Shown one piece after another: positions 29,240-37,631 of a DNA stretch of 64,000 nt. The position numbers and the translations under genes were made by a program. The notes below the pieces were generated by a model, which saw nothing but the letters and a program-made list of their open reading frames with translations, made no database searches and was not told where the DNA came from. The stretch's first letter is position 1. Each line of letters starts with the position of its first letter. The stretch comes from Verrucomicrobiales bacterium (GTDB taxonomy: Bacteria > Verrucomicrobiota > Verrucomicrobiia > Limisphaerales > UBA1100): NCBI GenBank assembly GCA_038139415.1, contig JAYOSV010000003.1:52700-116699 (forward strand), read 5' to 3'.

Positions 29240-30454
29240 ATGCGTTTTGCGGGGTACATTTTGGGCATCGGCCTGCTGTTGGGGTGTCTGCAAATGGATG
29301 GACCTGTGACGTTGGGCGGGGGAGATCGGGTGACCGCGCCGCCGGTGCGTGTGCGGCAGGCGTTGGCGCTCAATTCTTTTTACACCAAGCATGTGGATGT
29401 GGACGGATTTTCGGTGGTGGCTTCGGATAATGTGTCGGATTACGCCTTGTTGGAGGCGGCCTATCTCATCCGTAAAATGCTCGGTCATCGGAAGGATATC
29501 CTGCAGGCCATGGCTCGCAACAAGGTGCGATTTGCAATCATGGCGCACAACGAATACACGACGCATATTCCGGAACATCGCGACTTACAACCGCGTCTGT
29601 ATTGGAACCGTCGCGCACGTGGGCTGGGTGCCACACCGGAACGTCCGGCCGTGAGCTGTGGTGAGGAAAATCTGCTCGGCTACGTCAACGATCCGTACGC
29701 CTCGGAAAACATCCTCATCCATGAATTCGCGCACGCTATTCATCTCATGGGCTTATCCGAAACCGACCCCACTTTTGATGGTCGACTGGAAGCCGCTTAC
29801 GCCGCTGCCGTGAAGGAGGGGTTATGGAAAGGCAAGTACGCCGGTCGCAATCACCACGAGTACTTTGCCGAAGGCGTGCAGTCGTGGTTTGATACTAATC
29901 GGGAAAATGATTTTGAACACAACCACGTCGATACCCGTGAGGAATTGCAACAGTACGATCCGCGATTGGCTAAGCTGGTGAAGGAAGTTTTTGGGAGTGG
30001 CCCGTGGCGTTATCGACATCCTCAATACCGCCAGCCACACTCGGCCCATTTAGCTGGCTTTGACCGAGCCAAGGCGCCGGTATTTGGTTGGGCAGAAAAA
30101 TCCGTTGCATGGTATGACCGCTTCAAGGAAGGCCTCGAGACACTCGCACCCGGCAATGCGGTGGATATCGACCTCCAATCGCCCAAGGATCGGGTCTATC
30201 GTTCGCCGGCTTCTGCTGAGGAAACGTTTCTCTATATCTCCAACGCCAGCCAGCAGGCCATTCGGTTGGAATGGATGGACGGTGCTGGCCGGGCTCTTCC
30301 GCGCGGCTCGGAGCTACGGCCCACCGACCACACCGAGCAGCAAACCTATGCCGGCCACATTTGGCGGATCGTGGATGATGCTTCGGGCAAGCCACTGCAT
30401 TACTTTGTGGCACCCAAGGATCCTGGTAAATTGATCTACAAGGCTGCCCAATGA
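29240..30454 (+). CDS. Secreted zincin-type metallopeptidase-like protein with C-terminal VHL-beta-like domain
   Basis: HEFAH plus EYFAE third-ligand motif; C-terminus N...AIRLEWMD...L.P......TYAGHIWR resembles the VHL beta domain. Confidence 0.75.
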   Translation: MRFAGYILGIGLLLGCLQMDGPVTLGGGDRVTAPPVRVRQALALNSFYTKHVDVDGFSVVASDNVSDYALLEAAYLIRKMLGHRKDILQAMARNKVRFAIMAHNEYTTHIPEHRDLQPRLYWNRRARGLGATPERPAVSCGEENLLGYVNDPYASENILIHEFAHAIHLMGLSETDPTFDGRLEAAYAAAVKEGLWKGKYAGRNHHEYFAEGVQSWFDTNRENDFEHNHVDTREELQQYDPRLAKLVKEVFGSGPWRYRHPQYRQPHSAHLAGFDRAKAPVFGWAEKSVAWYDRFKEGLETLAPGNAVDIDLQSPKDRVYRSPASAEETFLYISNASQQAIRLEWMDGAGRALPRGSELRPTDHTEQQTYAGHIWRIVDDASGKPLHYFVAPKDPGKLIYKAAQ

Positions 30455-33318
30455 TTCCTATTCGTTCATGGCCTGTGTTGGGATTGCTGCTGCTGGCGTC
30501 ATTGCAGGCGGCGGATTTCCAACGGGATATCCGGCCGGTTTTGGCGTCACACTGTTTTAAGTGTCACGGCCCTGATGAGAATACTCGTAAAGCCAAGTTG
30601 CGACTGGATGAACGTCCCGATGCCGACCAATTGCAGTTATTAATTGAACGCATTGATCATACGGATCCCGAAGAATTGATGCCGCCTCCGGCGGCAAAGA
30701 AGCCCTTAAATGCAGAGCAAAAGAATATACTTCGCCAATGGATCAAAGACGGTGCGGAATATACTGAGCATTGGGCATTTATTGCTCCTCAATCGGCACC
30801 CCTGCCCAAAGTAAAGCAGACTGACTGGGTGAAAACTGATCTGGACCGCTTTACGCTTGCTCGATTAGAGAATGCGGGATTAAAGCCATCGATTGATGCG
30901 GATCGCCATCGGTTAATCCGCCGGTTGTCGCTGGACCTTATCGGACTGCCGCCTACGCCGGCGGAAGTGCAGGCGTTTCTCGCGGACAAAAAGCCCGGCG
31001 CTTACGAGCGGCTGGTGGATCGGTTGCTGGCTAGCCTGCATTTCGGCGAGCGCTGGGCGCAGCCGTGGCTGGACCTCGCGCGCTACGCGGATACCAACGG
31101 CTATGAAAAGGATCGCCCGCGCTCCATCTGGCCGTGGCGTGATTGGGTGATCGAGGCGATTAACCGCGACCTGCCATTTGATCAATTCACTATCGAACAA
31201 CTCGCCGGCGACATGTTGCCCAATGCCACGCGTGCGCAACGGGTCGCCACTGGTTTTCATCGCAACACCATGGTCAATGAAGAAGGCGGCATTGATCCAC
31301 TGGAGTTTCGTTTTCATGCGGTTGTGGATCGGGTGAATACAACGGCGACCACATGGCTGGGGCTTACGCTTGGCTGCGCTCAATGTCATACACATAAGTT
31401 TGATCCGGTGCCGCATCATTCCTACTTCGAGATGATGGCGTTTATGAACAATACCGCCGAACCTGAGCTGCCACTGCCTACGCCGGAGCAAACGGCCCAG
31501 CGCGCTAAGCTGGTTCAGGATATTGCCGCTGCAGAAGCGAAGTTACCTCTGGATAAAAAGAAATTTGAGGCGTGGTTAAAGACTCACCAAGCCGAAGCGA
31601 TCGACTGGAGATTCCTCCGTCCTACCCAAGCAAAAGCCACACGCAGTTGGCTGGAAATTGAGGAGGATGATTCTATTTTCGTACAGGGTGATGCCAGTAA
31701 GCACGATACCTACGAGCTCGAATTTGCCAACCTGCCTGCCGGCATCACTGCCCTGCGGTTGGAGGCCTTGCCTGATGAGCGCCTGCCCAAGAACGGTCCC
31801 GGTCGCGCTTATTACGAAGGACCCAAGGGCGATTTTTTCTTAAGTGAAATCAAGCTCTCCGCCAATGGCCAACCTGTGAAGTTGCAGAATGGTTCGCATA
31901 ACTACGCCAAGCAGTGGATTGGGAAAGGTGATCCGGGCGCGATGGCGGCATTAGATGACGATCTGCAAACTGGCTGGTCAGTCAGTGGGCGGGAAGGCAA
32001 ACCGAGTCAGGCCGTGTGGCAACTCACGAAGCCGCTCACGGCCAAAACTTTGAAAATTAGAATGGATTTTAGCCGGCACTATTCGGCAAGTCTTGGTCGA
32101 TTCCGGATTGCTGTCACCACCAGTGGTAAACTGGCTAAAGCAAAAGATGTATCAGCAGAAATTGAGGTGCTACTGGCACGACCTAATGAAGCACTGATCG
32201 GTGAGGAACAGGGCATATTGCGATCGTGGTTTTTGGATCATTCCAAAGACGTGGCTGACGCCCGCAAATCGATTGAGGCAATGCGTAAAAAGTTTCCCAA
32301 ACCAGCAACGACACTGGTCATGCAAGAACGCCCACAAGAGCACTTGCGACCCACGCACCGGCATCATCGCGGTGAGTTTTTGTCTCCACGCGAAGTGGTG
32401 CGACCGGAGGTTCTGCCGTTTTTACCTTCGTTGACCAAGGATCAGACGCGCGATCGGCTGGGGCTTGCGCGGTGGCTGGTGGATCCACGGAACCCTCTCA
32501 CTGCGCGCGTCACCGTAAATCGCTACTGGGCCGAGCTCTTTGGTGAAGGCATCGTGCCCACGCTTGATGACTTTGGTTACACCGGTACTATGCCTTCAGA
32601 TCCTGCTTTGCTCGATTGGTTGGCACTGGAGTTTATCCGGCAAGGTTGGTCGCGTAAAAAACTCCTGCGCCTGATTGTCACCAGTGCCACCTACCGGCAA
32701 CAAGCCGGCCCCAGCTACCGCTTGCCGGCCGAGCAGGTTCGCGATTCAGTACTGCATGTGAGTGGATTATTCCATGCCAAGCTCGGCGGTCCCAGTGTGT
32801 TCCCGCCTCAAACCAAAAGCATCGGCGAAGGTATCTACGGAGGTGGTGGATGGCGCACGAGTACCGGGCCTGACCGGTATCGGCGCAGTCTTTATACCCA
32901 CCGCAAACGTTCCATGCCTTACGCCATGCACAACACGTTTGATGCCCCCAGTCACGAGGCTTGTGTAGCCCGGCGTGATCGATCCAACACCCCGTTGCAG
33001 GCTTTAATGCTGCTCAATGATTCCTTTATCCTCGAGGCAAGCCGCGCCCTTGGTAACTGGGCGGTGCAAAAGAAGGGGGATGAAGAAACAATTATGCGCG
33101 CCCTGTTTGGCCGCATCCTTGCTCGGCCGCCTGACTCTCATGAATTGCAGGTAATGGCGGGTTTTCACGCCAAACAAACCAAGCGCTTTAGTACTGATAA
33201 AAAAATGGCCACCGAAATCGCCGGACCAAACCCAAAGGCTTCCTCTGAAGCGGTAGCGGCTTGGGTTACTCTGGCTCGTTCACTTTTGAATACGCATGAA
33301 TTCATTACCCGCAACTGA
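30451..33318 (+). CDS. Planctomycete cytochrome c + DUF1549 + DUF1553 protein
   Basis: Signal peptide, CFKCHGPD, HWAF, CAQCH.HKFDP, LEAL...GPGR, NPLTARV, NTPLQAL, HEFITRN. Confidence 0.92.
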   Translation: MIPIRSWPVLGLLLLASLQAADFQRDIRPVLASHCFKCHGPDENTRKAKLRLDERPDADQLQLLIERIDHTDPEELMPPPAAKKPLNAEQKNILRQWIKDGAEYTEHWAFIAPQSAPLPKVKQTDWVKTDLDRFTLARLENAGLKPSIDADRHRLIRRLSLDLIGLPPTPAEVQAFLADKKPGAYERLVDRLLASLHFGERWAQPWLDLARYADTNGYEKDRPRSIWPWRDWVIEAINRDLPFDQFTIEQLAGDMLPNATRAQRVATGFHRNTMVNEEGGIDPLEFRFHAVVDRVNTTATTWLGLTLGCAQCHTHKFDPVPHHSYFEMMAFMNNTAEPELPLPTPEQTAQRAKLVQDIAAAEAKLPLDKKKFEAWLKTHQAEAIDWRFLRPTQAKATRSWLEIEEDDSIFVQGDASKHDTYELEFANLPAGITALRLEALPDERLPKNGPGRAYYEGPKGDFFLSEIKLSANGQPVKLQNGSHNYAKQWIGKGDPGAMAALDDDLQTGWSVSGREGKPSQAVWQLTKPLTAKTLKIRMDFSRHYSASLGRFRIAVTTSGKLAKAKDVSAEIEVLLARPNEALIGEEQGILRSWFLDHSKDVADARKSIEAMRKKFPKPATTLVMQERPQEHLRPTHRHHRGEFLSPREVVRPEVLPFLPSLTKDQTRDRLGLARWLVDPRNPLTARVTVNRYWAELFGEGIVPTLDDFGYTGTMPSDPALLDWLALEFIRQGWSRKKLLRLIVTSATYRQQAGPSYRLPAEQVRDSVLHVSGLFHAKLGGPSVFPPQTKSIGEGIYGGGGWRTSTGPDRYRRSLYTHRKRSMPYAMHNTFDAPSHEACVARRDRSNTPLQALMLLNDSFILEASRALGNWAVQKKGDEETIMRALFGRILARPPDSHELQVMAGFHAKQTKRFSTDKKMATEIAGPNPKASSEAVAAWVTLARSLLNTHEFITRN

Positions 33319-34705
33319 CGCTTCGGCAGATATCACCCGCCGGCACTTTTTTAGAGAGTGCGGCTATGGCGTGGGCAAGTTGGCTTTGGCGGGGCTTTTA
33401 ACCAACTCCTTCGCCCGACCGGCCGGCACGCATTTCGCCCCGAAAGCCAAGCGGGTGATCCATCTCTTTCAAGCGGGCGCACCGAGCCAGTTGGAGCTCT
33501 TTGATAACAAACCCAAGCTGAAGGCGTTCGAGGGTAAACCGTTGCCGCCTTCAGTAATTGGCGATCAACGTTATGCCTTTATTCAGCGCGATGCTGCCGT
33601 GCTTGGGCCACGCTTTCCCTTTGCGCGCCACGGACAATGTGGCGCGGAGCTTTCTGACAAGCTGCCGCATCTGGCCAAGGTGGTGGACGACATCGCCATC
33701 GTCCGCTCGATGCATACCGATCAGTTTAACCATGCGCCCGGGCAAATCTTTTTCAACACCGGCTTTCCCCAGCCGGGTCGGCCGTGTCTGGGTTCGTGGC
33801 TGAGCTATGGACTGGGTGCGGAGACGGATAATCTCCCTGCGTTTGTGGTGCTCTCTACGGGCGGCGGTATTAGTGGCGGCTCGGCATTATGGTCGCCCGG
33901 TTTTATGCCTGGTAAACATGCGGGTGTGCGTTTCCGCAACTCAGGCGATCCCATTCTTAACGTTAGCCGGCCCGCAGGTGTGGATGCCGAGTTACAACGC
34001 GATTCATTGGATTTGATCGGTACTCTGAATCGTCGGCGTTTGGAAGTGGAGCCCGATCCGGAGATAGCCACGCGCATTGCGAGTTACGAAATGGCTTACC
34101 GACTACAGTCCAGTGCGCCGGAATTAATGGATCTTAAAAGTGAAAGCCCGGAGACCCTCAAGCTGTATGGGGCGGATCCGACCAAGCCCTCCTTTGCCCG
34201 TGCCTGCCTGTTGGCTCGGCGGATGATCGAGCGCGGGGTGCGTTGCGTGAATATTTATCACTCTGGTTGGGATGCTCATTCCAATGTTGCCGGTAACATT
34301 ACCAATAACACCCGCGCCACCGATCAGGGTAGTGCGGCGTTGGTGCAGGATTTAAAACAGCGCGGGTTGCTGGACGACACGCTAGTGATTTGGGGTGGCG
34401 AATTTGGCCGCACGCCAATGGTAGAAAGTAATCCTACGCTGAACCGATCCAAGGGGCGCGATCACCATCCGCAAGCCTTCAGCTTATGGCTGGCCGGTGG
34501 CGGCGTGAAAGGAGGGATGACCTTGGGGGCTACTGATGAATTGGGCTTTCATATTACTGATCGACCGGTGCACATACATGATCTGCAGGCGACGCTTTTG
34601 CACTTAATGGGCTTGGACCATGAACGGCTCACTTTTCATCATGCGGGCCGTGATTACCGGCTTACCGATGTACATGGCACGGTGGTAAAAGAGATTGTTG
34701 CTTAG
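33296..34705 (+). CDS. DUF1501 domain protein with Tat signal
   Basis: TRRHFF, GAPSQ.ELFD.KP, WDAH, GEFGRTP, GRDHH, RLTDVHG. Confidence 0.92.
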   Translation: MNSLPATDASADITRRHFFRECGYGVGKLALAGLLTNSFARPAGTHFAPKAKRVIHLFQAGAPSQLELFDNKPKLKAFEGKPLPPSVIGDQRYAFIQRDAAVLGPRFPFARHGQCGAELSDKLPHLAKVVDDIAIVRSMHTDQFNHAPGQIFFNTGFPQPGRPCLGSWLSYGLGAETDNLPAFVVLSTGGGISGGSALWSPGFMPGKHAGVRFRNSGDPILNVSRPAGVDAELQRDSLDLIGTLNRRRLEVEPDPEIATRIASYEMAYRLQSSAPELMDLKSESPETLKLYGADPTKPSFARACLLARRMIERGVRCVNIYHSGWDAHSNVAGNITNNTRATDQGSAALVQDLKQRGLLDDTLVIWGGEFGRTPMVESNPTLNRSKGRDHHPQAFSLWLAGGGVKGGMTLGATDELGFHITDRPVHIHDLQATLLHLMGLDHERLTFHHAGRDYRLTDVHGTVVKEIVA

Positions 34706-35706
34706 TTGCTTTTCTCTATAATTTTTTCCAAGGCTGCCGTCATTTCCGGCACGCTAAATTCCCGAGGACCGCGCCCACCCTGATAAGCGATCTTTCCATC
34801 TTTGCCGATGATATAGAGTCGATCAGGGAATGCACTAAAGGCACTAGCTACCGTGTCGTTAATGTCATCCACCAAAAGCGGGATTTTGAGGTTCAGCCCA
34901 GCTGAACAAGTCAGGGCAACTTGCTGGCGTTCTCCGTAGGTTTTGGGCTGGGCAATTTGCAAGGGTGACGGCCGTGATGAACCTAAGGGGTGTGCTTCAC
35001 GGATGTAGACCCAGTAAAAGTCCGCTTTTTTGCCGTAGGTTTCGTAAGCTTTTTGGAGGCGCACGGCCTCACGCGAAAAAGGGCCTCACGTGTAAGACCC
35101 GAAGATGATCACTGAGAGCCGCGTGATTTTATTAAATTCAAGCTCACCCTTTTGGGTCATGAATTGGGCACTCACACTCGGAGCTTCTTTACCCACTTCC
35201 GGGCCGCTATTGCCACGGTTTGCGGGTCGGGGATTGGTCGGGTTAGAGTTTCTCCAAGCCTGCCATTCTAGGACGCTGATTTTTTTATCTTGGTTGGTAT
35301 CAGCTGCACTCAGAATTTTTTCGTAGTAGGCTTGCCATTCTGCGGGGGAAAGGGATTTATCTCCATTACTGTCGATATCCGAAAACATTTTTTCGGACTG
35401 ATTTGGTTCAGTACTTGAGCCGGGTCTACGAAATGGGCCTCCTCCATTACCTCGCCCACCAAAACCGTTCCGACCTCGATCCTCACGCATGGCATTACGT
35501 TCCGCCTCAGAAAGGAAATTGTCCTTATCTTTATCGAACTGGTCGAAGTACTCCTTGGGTCCGGGGAATTCTTCTCGCGATATTTTTCCATCTCCATTGG
35601 CATCCATTCTCCGGCCACCCCCCCCATTGCCACCTGGAGATTGTTGCGCCGGTATATCGCTCAATCCGCAACTCAGGCACAGAATGAATGCCAACATTTT
35701 TTTCAT
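34702..35706 (-). CDS. EF-hand + iodothyronine-deiodinase-like thioredoxin-fold protein, predicted selenoprotein, 334 aa, Sec at TGA 35086-35088
   Basis: ORF-track ORFs 35086-35706 and 34702-35064 are in the same frame, joined by TGA-GGC-CCT-TTT-TCG-CGT-GAG-GCC-GTG: VG.EAP...IFGSYT-U-GPF...VYIREAHP...ER...A..C...L.IP.LVD...AF.AFPDRLYII. Four EF-hand loops precede it. Confidence 0.9.
35049..35081 (-). promoter_or_regulatory. Candidate bacterial SECIS hairpin CUUUUU..GAGGC-CGUGC-GCCUC.AAAAAG
   Basis: Upper 5-bp stem at +16..+30 from UGA, loop starts at +21, lower 6-bp stem; same loop as the peroxiredoxin element. Confidence 0.75.
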
Positions 35707-35805
35707 GTCTCCATTTTACCCTCTTTTGGTCGTCTAGCCAGTAAAAATTACAGATTGCCCAAAGGTTTACGGATCGCGTTCGGATCGTTATTCTTTTGCT
35801 TATTC

Positions 35806-36570
35806 ATGAGTAACGATCTCTTTTCTTTAAATGGCAAGGTGGCACTGGTGACGGGAAGCTCCACCGGGTTGGGCAAGGTGATGGCCAGGGCGCTGGGGCG
35901 CGCTGGGGCGAAGGTGGCCCAGAATTATTTTCACAACGAGGAGCGCGCGGCGCAGGCATTTGCGGAGTTTCAGGAAACCGGCGCGGAAGGGGCGATGTTT
36001 CGCGCGGATGTGACTGATGAAACGGACGTCAACCGACTGGTGGCCGAGGCGACCGAGCAACTGGGGCCGATCGACATCGTGGTGCTCAACGCCACACCGG
36101 ATCAGCCGCAGAAACCGATTGAGGACTATGACTGGGCGTTTTACCAGAGCATGCTGGATTTTTTCATCAAGAGCCCGTTCCTCGTCACGCGCGCGGTGTT
36201 GCCGCACATGAAGCAGCAGAAGTGGGGTCGCATCATCAATATCGGTTCGGAGGTGTTTCATTTGGGCGTCAAACCCTTCACCGCCTACGTTGCCGCCAAG
36301 GGTGGGCAGAATGGGTTTAACCGTAGTCTCGCGCATGAGCTGGCTGAGTGGAACATCACGGTGAACATGGTTGCGCCCGGCTGGATTCCCGTGGAACGCC
36401 ACGAGAAAGATCCGCAGGAGTTGAAGGACGGTTACCTCGCTAGCATTCCGATGGGTCGCTGGGGCGTGCCGCAGGATCTCGATGGCACGATCACTTACCT
36501 CGCGAGTGAGGCATCTGGTTTTGTGACGGGCCAAAACATCCACGTGAATGGCGGTACGACGGTGCATTAG
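35806..36570 (+). CDS. Short-chain dehydrogenase/reductase (FabG-like)
   Basis: ALVTGSSTGLG, GRIINIGS, YVAAK (YxxxK), APGWI, VTGQ.I.VNGG; ATG at 35806. Confidence 0.93.
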   Translation: MSNDLFSLNGKVALVTGSSTGLGKVMARALGRAGAKVAQNYFHNEERAAQAFAEFQETGAEGAMFRADVTDETDVNRLVAEATEQLGPIDIVVLNATPDQPQKPIEDYDWAFYQSMLDFFIKSPFLVTRAVLPHMKQQKWGRIINIGSEVFHLGVKPFTAYVAAKGGQNGFNRSLAHELAEWNITVNMVAPGWIPVERHEKDPQELKDGYLASIPMGRWGVPQDLDGTITYLASEASGFVTGQNIHVNGGTTVH

Positions 36571-36612
36571 ATTTTTAAATTTGTGCCTCCGCGTCTGTGC
36601 GGGAGATAAAAA

Positions 36613-37533
36613 ATGACTTTCCCTCTCACCATCGTCGGCCTAGGCGAAGCGGTGTTTGATGTGTTTCCGGATAAGGAAGTGCTCGGGGGCACGTCGCTGA
36701 ACGTCGCGGTACAGGCGCATCAATTGCTCGATCCGCTGGGCGGTCGTGGGGTGTTGCTCAGTCGGATTGGCGCGGATGATTTGGGGCAGCGGTTGCAGGC
36801 GGAATTTCAATCGCGCGCTTTGCCGCTGGAGTATGTGCAGGTGGATGACGCAAAGCCGACCGGGCAGGTGCTGGTGAGTTTTGTGGACGGCGCGCCGCGT
36901 TATGAGATCGTGATGGACACGGCGTGGGATCATCTCGCTTACACGGATCACGAGGTGGGGCTGGCGCGTGCCTGCAACGCTGTGAGCTTCGGCAGCATGA
37001 GCCAGCGGCACCCTACGGCCCATGCAGCGACGCAGGCATTTTTGGCGGAGACCCAATCGGCGCTGAAGATTTTTGATGTGAATCTGCGCATGGATTTGTT
37101 TACAGCGGATATTTTGGCCGAAGGGTGTCGGGTGGCGAATCTGGTGAAGCTGAACGACGAGGAAATCGAGACCGTCGCCGATCTACTCGAGTTGCCGGCC
37201 GGCGAGCCGCAGGCGCGAGTGGCGACCCTGCGCAAACGCTTTGATTTGGAGGCCGTCATTATCACACGGGGCGAAGCGGGCACCACCGCGTGCACGGCTG
37301 CGGGCTGGGTGGAGGGCGCGCCGGCGCATTATCCGACTGCGCCGAATGCCGATAGCGTGGGCGCCGGCGATGCCTGTACGGCTGCGCTGCTTCTGGGGCG
37401 CCTTCTGGGGCGCGATTGGCCGGCCACGCTGGATTTGGCCAATCGCCACGCGGCCTACGTGGCCAGCCAGCCTAGCGCCACGCCGGTCCTGCCGCCGGAA
37501 GTGTGGGCGGGGTATGGGTTGGGTTCGGTTTGA
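36613..37533 (+). CDS. PfkB-family carbohydrate kinase (fructokinase-like)
   Basis: GLGE.VFD, LGG...NVA, FDVNLR, KLNDEE, TRG..G, DSVGAGD. Confidence 0.93.
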   Translation: MTFPLTIVGLGEAVFDVFPDKEVLGGTSLNVAVQAHQLLDPLGGRGVLLSRIGADDLGQRLQAEFQSRALPLEYVQVDDAKPTGQVLVSFVDGAPRYEIVMDTAWDHLAYTDHEVGLARACNAVSFGSMSQRHPTAHAATQAFLAETQSALKIFDVNLRMDLFTADILAEGCRVANLVKLNDEEIETVADLLELPAGEPQARVATLRKRFDLEAVIITRGEAGTTACTAAGWVEGAPAHYPTAPNADSVGAGDACTAALLLGRLLGRDWPATLDLANRHAAYVASQPSATPVLPPEVWAGYGLGSV

Positions 37534-37631
37534 AACCCGATTTAATACGGTTGAGTTGGGCCGGAAAGGGCCAATGGAATTGGGTTGCCCCTCGGGCGGA
37601 TGAACCTAGAATTTCCCCACGGAGTTTTCAA

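Noticed and set aside
9501..35088. Alternative genetic code (TGA = Trp or Gly) or nonsense pseudogenes as the explanation for the two in-frame TGAs
   Set aside because: Many genes here end in TGA at their expected C-termini and Trp is coded TGG. Both TGAs fall on the catalytic Cys position, the downstream frames are intact, and both carry the same hairpin loop.
37540..37631. Possible structured leader or riboswitch upstream of the DUF1553 gene
   Set aside because: Only short GC-rich stems; no recognisable riboswitch consensus and no second copy.
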